DNA from: Candidatus Taenariivivens baikalensis
GTDB lineage: Bacteria; Omnitrophota; Omnitrophia; Omnitrophales; Aquincolibacteriaceae
Direction of reading: 5' to 3'
DNA length: 64,000 bases
Assembly: GCA_009691445.1 (NCBI GenBank)
Contig: SICL01000005.1
Coordinates: forward strand, 2,446 to 66,445
In this document: positions 58,214 to 64,000 of the stretch, in pieces
How the letters are laid out: every line of letters begins with the position of its first letter
Position numbering within the stretch: position 1 is the first letter of the stretch
Program-made: the position numbers and the translations under genes
The notes under the pieces: model-generated
Told to the model about the DNA's origin: nothing
What the model saw: only the letters and a program-made list of their open reading frames with translations
Databases searched by the model: none

Positions 58214-58836
58214 TGGCCGCTGAGTTTTACTGCTTCGTCATCGGAGCCTTTACTGGATTTGTCGGTTGCCTTGTGAGCTGGCAGCTGAATCTAGTTGTGA
58301 TGCACCGGGGTCTTGAGCGCGGAAGGCACGATGCCTTTTTTGTTGGGTTGGGGGCCGTATCTGCGGATATCGTTTTTCTCGGAGGCGCCTTTACAGGTCT
58401 CTATTCTTTGACAGGCCACCCGGAGTGGTGGATCCATCTTAAATGGGTCAGCATTCTCATGCTTCTGTCGGTTGCTGCGCGCACTTATTTCCGCAAAAAA
58501 ACCATTATTTCTGCCAACCCGGTTAAAAAGAAGAATCCCGCCAGAAATTTTCTGCTTGGTTTTATTCTTGTTATCTCAAATCCGCTTCTTTTTATTTTGT
58601 GGGTCGGTATTCTATCTTTTCTGGTGGCCCATTTTCCGGACGCTCAAATTTTGGACCATCAATGGATTTTTCTCACTTCATTCTACGCGGGGTCTTCTGC
58701 CTGGTTCGCGATTCTGGCCGGAGTGATTTTGCATCATGCCCGGAAATGGGATGATGAAAAGCTTCACGCCCTTTCGCGGATTTTTTCCGTGGGGCTTGTG
58801 ATCGGAGCGCTGATCCTTATTTGGGCAAAATTCTGA
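58213..58836 (+). CDS. LysE family transporter
   Basis: Six TM segments; GL..G...AF..GLGA..AD and F..GF.L.ISNP motifs. Confidence 0.8.
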   Translation: MAAEFYCFVIGAFTGFVGCLVSWQLNLVVMHRGLERGRHDAFFVGLGAVSADIVFLGGAFTGLYSLTGHPEWWIHLKWVSILMLLSVAARTYFRKKTIISANPVKKKNPARNFLLGFILVISNPLLFILWVGILSFLVAHFPDAQILDHQWIFLTSFYAGSSAWFAILAGVILHHARKWDDEKLHALSRIFSVGLVIGALILIWAKF

Positions 58837-58916
58837 AAGCTTTCAAAAACCCCTCGACAGCCCCCCCTTCCCAAGGATACAATCCTAATAAGACTTAATC
58901 TGAACTGGAGTTGTTG

Positions 58917-59666
58917 ATGCTGAATGCCTTTGTGGTGGTGCTGCGGGAAGGCTTCGAGGCTTTCCTGATTGTGGCTGTCACCATTGCTTATATCAAAAAA
59001 ATGGAGCAAAGATGGCTATTACCCGCTGTTTATTGGGGAATTGCGTTCTCGGTTGCCGCCAGTGGCTGTCTGGGCTGGGCGCTTTTACAGGGCGCTAATC
59101 AATCTTTGTGGGAAGGCGTTATCGGGATCGTTGCATCGATTTTGGTCACCTCACTTATTTTTCATATGTGGTGGCATGGTCCAAAAATGAAAAGTAACAT
59201 GGAGTCAAAGCTCAACAAAATTTCTTCTTGGAATTCGAAGGCAGCTATTCTTGCGGGTGTTTTTTTATTTACGCTTTTGATGATCAGCCGGGAAGGGATG
59301 GAAACGGCGCTGATCCTGATCCAGATTCATGAACCAAACATTGTTGCGGGAATCCTGCTTGGCATTTTAGCAGCTGGGGGATTTAGTTGGATGTGGGCTC
59401 GTTTTGGTCATCGAATCAACCTTAAAATATTTTTTCAAGTGACGGGTATTTTTCTTCTTCTTTTTGTCGGACAGATCCTCATTTACTCCCTGCATGAACT
59501 CTCGGAAGCAGGAGTCCTTCCCAACAGTCAGGCTTTTCATCTCGCGACCGAGCCGTTTTCTCCCACGGGAATCTACGGGAAGTGGTTTTCAGCGGTGACA
59601 CTTGCAGTTTGCGGCGGCTGGCTGGTGTGGGCCTGGATGAAAGAAGCGGTAAGTAGTAAGCGGTAA
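58917..59666 (+). CDS. FTR1/EfeU family iron permease
   Basis: Two RExxE motifs (REGFE, REGME), HEL.EAG; RBS GGAG before ATG 58917. Confidence 0.92.
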   Translation: MLNAFVVVLREGFEAFLIVAVTIAYIKKMEQRWLLPAVYWGIAFSVAASGCLGWALLQGANQSLWEGVIGIVASILVTSLIFHMWWHGPKMKSNMESKLNKISSWNSKAAILAGVFLFTLLMISREGMETALILIQIHEPNIVAGILLGILAAGGFSWMWARFGHRINLKIFFQVTGIFLLLFVGQILIYSLHELSEAGVLPNSQAFHLATEPFSPTGIYGKWFSAVTLAVCGGWLVWAWMKEAVSSKR

Positions 59667-59715
59667 GCTAGGAAAACGGCTTTATTTTTTCTTACCGCTT
59701 AACGCTTGCGACTTA
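59644..59715. repeat. Heptamer-periodic inverted repeat
   Basis: AAGCGGT-AAGTAGT-AAGCGGT-AAGC ... CTTACCG-CTTAACG-CTTGCGA-CTT; includes the FTR1 stop codon. Confidence 0.7.
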
Positions 59716-59722
59716 AAACTCT

Positions 59723-60133
59723 CTAGTCCGGATAATCAAAACTCACCGGAATCTGGATATCCGGATGAAGACTTTGATGCACAGGGCAGGTGAGGGCGGC
59801 GCGCTCCAGAAGCTTCCGCTGGCTTTCGGCAATTCCCTTCGGCATTTGAAACCTTACGGTCAGCTTCCCGATTCTTCGTACCGGCTCCTGGATCATTTCC
59901 TTGATCACTTCCACTTTGGTACCCTGCAGAGAAATCAAATGCCTCTTCGCCACAATTCCCATAATGGTCATCATGCACGATCCTAAGGCAGAGGCCACAA
60001 GGTCGGTGGGGGAAAAGGACTCGCCTTTTCCCCCATTATCCTTGGGAGCGTCTGTGACGATTCGGGTCCCGGAAGGACGATGCGTTTGGGTGCAGTGAAG
60101 GTCACCATCGTAGGTAATATCAATATGAACCAT
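59723..60133 (-). CDS. OsmC family protein
   Basis: TDAPKDNGGKGESFSPTDL...LGSC...CPVH.SL. Confidence 0.92.
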   Translation of the reverse strand: MVHIDITYDGDLHCTQTHRPSGTRIVTDAPKDNGGKGESFSPTDLVASALGSCMMTIMGIVAKRHLISLQGTKVEVIKEMIQEPVRRIGKLTVRFQMPKGIAESQRKLLERAALTCPVHQSLHPDIQIPVSFDYPD

Positions 60134-60159
60134 AAGTGCATTTTACACAAAAAGGCTCA

Positions 60160-60221
60160 TTGAAAGTAGCCTTCTTTCAAGGTATACTTAGTATGAAAGT
60201 AGGAAATAGTAGGAAAATAGG
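60160..60221 (+). promoter_or_regulatory. Promoter and candidate operator of the AbrB/PIN pair
   Basis: TTGAAA, 17-bp spacer, TATACT; direct repeats AGTAGGAAA twice downstream. Confidence 0.6.
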
Positions 60222-60228
60222 AGGAAAT

Positions 60229-60468
60229 ATGATAACGCGAATGAGAGAAAAAGGTCAAGTGACCATCCCGGCCAATATTCGAGAATCGCTTCATTTATCG
60301 AAGGATTCGATTTTATGCGTGACACGAATTGGCAATGGGATTTTAATTACTTCTAAGCCTTCAGCGGTGGAGGCTTTTGCGAACAAGTTTTCAAAAGCGG
60401 CGGATGAAAAAGGGATCACTTTGGAAGCTCTGCTTAAAGATTTAAGAAAAATTCGTCACGAAAAATAA
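60229..60468 (+). CDS. AbrB/MazE/SpoVT family antitoxin
   Basis: RBS AGGAGG; REKGQVTIPANIRE.L motif. Confidence 0.9.
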   Translation: MITRMREKGQVTIPANIRESLHLSKDSILCVTRIGNGILITSKPSAVEAFANKFSKAADEKGITLEALLKDLRKIRHEK

Positions 60469-60920
60469 TGAATATTCAGTATCGGATTTTTTTTGATACC
60501 AGTGTTTACATTGCAGGCGTTCATTCGCTGGGCGGCGCCGCAAGAGAACTATTAAATTTAGCCGAAGCTGAAACGATTCGTATGGTAGTTTCCGAGGAGA
60601 TTATCACAGAAATAGACAGAGTGATGGCAGGAAAGTTTCCTGAGCTGCTTCAGGAAAGCCGTAGATTGTGGAAAGATCTTAAACCGGAAGTGATTCCCAA
60701 TCCCCGAGCCGATCAGGTTAAACCCTTTCTTGAAAAACTGCCCAAAGCAGATGCTTCTATTCTTTGTTCGGCTTTTCTCGCTAAAGTATCCATGTTTGTG
60801 ACCTGGAACACACGGGATTTCATGGCTCATGGTGTTGCGCCGCTTGTCGATTTTCCCATTGTTGTGCCCGGAGACGCTCTCAAGCTTTTCAGAAAATGGA
60901 TCGAACCCTTTCTGGATTAA
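60468..60920 (+). CDS. PIN domain (VapC-like) toxin
   Basis: IFFDTSV, conserved E, D..IL..A and VTWN.RDF motifs; TAATG overlap with the antitoxin. Confidence 0.9.
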   Translation: MNIQYRIFFDTSVYIAGVHSLGGAARELLNLAEAETIRMVVSEEIITEIDRVMAGKFPELLQESRRLWKDLKPEVIPNPRADQVKPFLEKLPKADASILCSAFLAKVSMFVTWNTRDFMAHGVAPLVDFPIVVPGDALKLFRKWIEPFLD

Positions 60921-61155
60921 TATCTTCCCAGGAGACCACCCGTATGAATTCCGTCAAAAAGCATTTCGCAAAATGACTCACTTCATAACATTCACTAACA
61001 ATCCCGCCTAGAAACGTGCTTAATCGAAGAAGAGCCGCCTTGCGTTTACATTAAACAGTGCGCCTGATCCATGTTAAAGAAATCCGCTTCACCTCTTGTA
61101 ATTTTCCAGAGGGAAGGGTAGAATTTTCTTCAAATTCACTCCTGGAGAAAGACGC

Positions 61156-64000
61156 ATGAACCTATCCGCATTAAAGCAAAAGACTCTTTTTAAAAAATCT
61201 GTTTTTGGATTCATGGCTTTTATTTTTGCATTCACTCAGCTTGTCGCTAGCCCAGCTGTGTTGTTCGCAGAATCAAATCCGCTCGCATCAAATATCCCAT
61301 CGACAATCCCATCGATTCCAGCTTTAAACGCAATTCCTCCATCGCCTTCAAAACCTGCGATAAAAGCCCTGGCGGAGGATTCACTTGCTTCCCTTCAGCC
61401 TCAAGTCTTAAATCGTATCCCGGAAAGAAAAAATGATGTTCGGAAATCAACCCCACCGGCCAAAACCGTTACGGCGCAGTATCAAATTAATATTGGCTCC
61501 GGAGCGACTGTGAAATTATTTAATAACGGAAGCTATGAATTTACACATGAGGGAAGAACTTATCAAAGTTCGCTAACAGGGGTGATAGATAATCGACTGA
61601 AAGTAAATTTTGATAAGGATGGCAAAATCTCATCAATCGATACCTTGACGCGGGGAGAGGTTCTTAATACCCGGGCTTTTACCGAAATGAAAGACAGAAA
61701 GGTCTTGATCACAAGTATTGAGCATTATTCGTTTGGAGTGCTTTTTGCAAGAACAGTTATTTCCAGCTCCGAGAATTCAATTCGCTGGACAACTTATCAT
61801 CTGGATCAAACGATTGATCACGATTCAAAAACAATTTTGGGTGAATCGGACCTTTCCGGATTTTCTATCGTTCTATCAACTTATGATATTTATCCTTTGA
61901 TCAATTCCTATTTTGCGAACATCGTTTATGATCCTCAAGGAAACCTTGTCGATATTTATCATCACCCCTCATCCAACCTCAATACCTACGTTATATTAAG
62001 AGCGGGGGAATTAGATTTTAAGGAAGTTGATTTACTTGCATCAAAAAATCGTACAACTTTCGGTTTGAGATCGTTGCTTAAAGACGACAAGCTCGTCTTA
62101 AGCTGGCCCTCTTCGCAGAAGCTCGTGATTCAAGATCAAGATGTCACTGCGTCGATTTCCAACGGTAGAATTATTTTTACCGGAAATAACTTTTCTTACG
62201 CGTCAGAAATCGATAACTCCGGAAATATTTTTGTCATTGTCCCTCAATCAGATGGCATGAGAAGAATCTACGATATTAAAATCGACGATGAAGGAAAGGT
62301 GAGTTTGGTGCTTCGAACCTTAGAAGCCCCTATCGCAGAGTATTCGGTTCTGAGTCTAAATCTAAAATTATATAAAGATGGAAGTTACTCATTTATTGTC
62401 GGAAATTCTATATTTCAAAGTGACAAAGATGGCTGGATTACACTGAGGGCTGGAGCAGGGGGAAGCAGTGATAAATGGAAACTCGCTTTTACTGATGGAA
62501 AGTTGATTAAAATCGAAACCCTAAAGGGAATGATCTACGGATTTGAAACGGTTGGAAGTCGGGCAAGAGCAATAAAGATTTCGGGTAACAGCTTTTATCC
62601 GGAACTGATTAATTATGACCAAAAATTTTATAAAAAAAAGGACAATGCTTCGGAGGGGTACTATCAGGTTTACTATTATTTCCCCGAAGGAATTGATTTA
62701 GAAAAATATTTTTATTTTCTTTCAGATTCTTTTACTTTGGCTTTCGATTCGACCTCAGAGTTCAAGCCTTCCGCCAAGCTTTGGTATGATGACCAAGGAT
62801 CTCCGATCCGTCATGAGATTTATGAAGAAAAAAATTCTTATGCGCTTCTTCAAGCTGGAACCATTGATATTACTGAACAGCGTTTGGCTACGATGAAAGA
62901 ACGAACCGTGAAAAACGTTCAAGCTCTTTTGAAGGATGATAAGTTTATAAAAATCGGTCAATCGGTAAAGATTGAAGGCCAGACTTTCTCCGTCAAGTCT
63001 ATCTTTCGAGGACGAATTGAATTTTTGTTGTCATACGATTTTTCCGACGGTTCCTTTAAAAGTACGATTGATTCGCAAGGTAATATTCTTTTTCCTATTC
63101 CTCAAAGCAACGGATCCAAAAATGTTTATATTGTCCATGTTGACGCGCAGGGTGAGATCACTCTTGAATTTCAGAAAAATGTGGCCCTTATTGCTGAGTA
63201 TGAGGTTCTTTCTCCAAAAAGCCGTGTGAGACTATACCAGGATGGGAGTTATGCTGATTTCTACTATAATTCGTTTGGACCTGCCGGGCGCATCGGACAT
63301 AATTCAGATAGCGATCCTCAGGGCTTTCTTGATGGCGGATGGAAGATGGAATTTGTAGATAATCAATTAAAAACTCTGACCATCCATGAACCATTTTTTA
63401 CAAAATCCATAACTACCTGTGAGTTTGAGACGATTGGATCAACTGCACGGATTACTTCTTTTAAATATGAGTCTGACCCTCATAGGGTGATCTATCAATT
63501 TGATTATGCAAAAAAGATCTGGCGAATCTCAGGTTCTGAGGGACTCGGAGTGTCGTATTATATGAATGGATATGACTTTGCCTCATTTGGTTCAATAGGA
63601 GACCGGATAGTTTTTAATGATTTTGCGGGGTTTTATCCCCATGTGGTTTTTTATTGGAACAATGATGCTGTGATTCATGCTCGTGTTAATGGCGGTAGGG
63701 ACGGACAAGACGACGATTATGATATTTTGGTTAAAGGGACACCGGACATTCGTCCTGACCAATTGGAAATGATCCCGCCGGATCAGCGTACACTTGAAAA
63801 TTTTAAAAAGCTCTTGTCGGATGATCTTCTGGTGAAAACTTATCAACCGAAATTTTTTCTCGAAGGAAAATTTATTCAAGTTTCGGGAGCCAGTAGCAAC
63901 AGTATTTTTGTTGGAAACATTGGAACTGACACGGATGCTCAAGGGAATATTACGCTGACCGTCCCTCAAGCAGATGGATCTAAACATATTTATGACGTCA
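61156..64000 (+). CDS. Large secreted protein with ~290-aa tandem repeats (partial, over 948 aa)
   Basis: RBS GGAG, ATG 61156, MNLSALKQKTLFKKSVFGFMAFIFAFTQLVASPAVLFA signal peptide. Frame read by eye stays open to the window end, so it is missing from the ORF track. AT-rich. Confidence 0.85.
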   Translation, partial: MNLSALKQKTLFKKSVFGFMAFIFAFTQLVASPAVLFAESNPLASNIPSTIPSIPALNAIPPSPSKPAIKALAEDSLASLQPQVLNRIPERKNDVRKSTPPAKTVTAQYQINIGSGATVKLFNNGSYEFTHEGRTYQSSLTGVIDNRLKVNFDKDGKISSIDTLTRGEVLNTRAFTEMKDRKVLITSIEHYSFGVLFARTVISSSENSIRWTTYHLDQTIDHDSKTILGESDLSGFSIVLSTYDIYPLINSYFANIVYDPQGNLVDIYHHPSSNLNTYVILRAGELDFKEVDLLASKNRTTFGLRSLLKDDKLVLSWPSSQKLVIQDQDVTASISNGRIIFTGNNFSYASEIDNSGNIFVIVPQSDGMRRIYDIKIDDEGKVSLVLRTLEAPIAEYSVLSLNLKLYKDGSYSFIVGNSIFQSDKDGWITLRAGAGGSSDKWKLAFTDGKLIKIETLKGMIYGFETVGSRARAIKISGNSFYPELINYDQKFYKKKDNASEGYYQVYYYFPEGIDLEKYFYFLSDSFTLAFDSTSEFKPSAKLWYDDQGSPIRHEIYEEKNSYALLQAGTIDITEQRLATMKERTVKNVQALLKDDKFIKIGQSVKIEGQTFSVKSIFRGRIEFLLSYDFSDGSFKSTIDSQGNILFPIPQSNGSKNVYIVHVDAQGEITLEFQKNVALIAEYEVLSPKSRVRLYQDGSYADFYYNSFGPAGRIGHNSDSDPQGFLDGGWKMEFVDNQLKTLTIHEPFFTKSITTCEFETIGSTARITSFKYESDPHRVIYQFDYAKKIWRISGSEGLGVSYYMNGYDFASFGSIGDRIVFNDFAGFYPHVVFYWNNDAVIHARVNGGRDGQDDDYDILVKGTPDIRPDQLEMIPPDQRTLENFKKLLSDDLLVKTYQPKFFLEGKFIQVSGASSNSIFVGNIGTDTDAQGNITLTVPQADGSKHIYDV

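Noticed and set aside
61247-63987. Several short ORFs listed in the track at the right end
   Set aside because: They are off-frame or antisense to the single long ORF starting at 61156.

Overview
Bacterial chromosomal window, about 46-50% GC by eye, mostly housekeeping and metabolic genes. Translation and RNA genes: cspA, CarD, tRNA-Pro(GGG), uup, GGQ rescue factor, rluE and a short rho. Repair and stress genes: PIF1 helicase, DnaQ-type exonuclease, msrA, ppiC, Cu-ATPase and OsmC. Metabolism and transport genes: thiolase-fadJ, DUF1338, cyaB, cstA, thrH, aceB-aceA, livKHMGF, membrane PPase, psd-pssA and FTR1. There is a small decayed toxin-antitoxin island (AbiEi/AbiEii plus a HigBA-type pair, with two gene remnants) and a separate AbrB/PIN pair. 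The style of the giant protein suggests Candidatus Omnitrophota or a related lineage; this is inference and was not verified. The most unusual item is a 2679-aa modular protein. It has a signal peptide, a TIKI/EreA/ChaN-like N-terminal domain, RSE(V/L)R motifs bracketing a cargo of an HExxH membrane domain fused to an internal-Cys GlmS-like module, and a C-terminal cap; it looks like a self-processing polyprotein. Other notable items: a large secreted ORF with ~290-aa repeats running off the right end (absent from the ORF track); a Rho lacking its RNA-binding domain; a tRNA-Pro with an extended acceptor stem and a displaced second CCA-bearing 3' end; an attenuator-like cspA leader; and three families of intergenic palindromic repeats, one of which supplies stop and start codons to neighbouring genes. 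No CRISPR array, rRNA, integrase or intact transposase was seen. All family calls rest on motifs read by eye; no searches were run.
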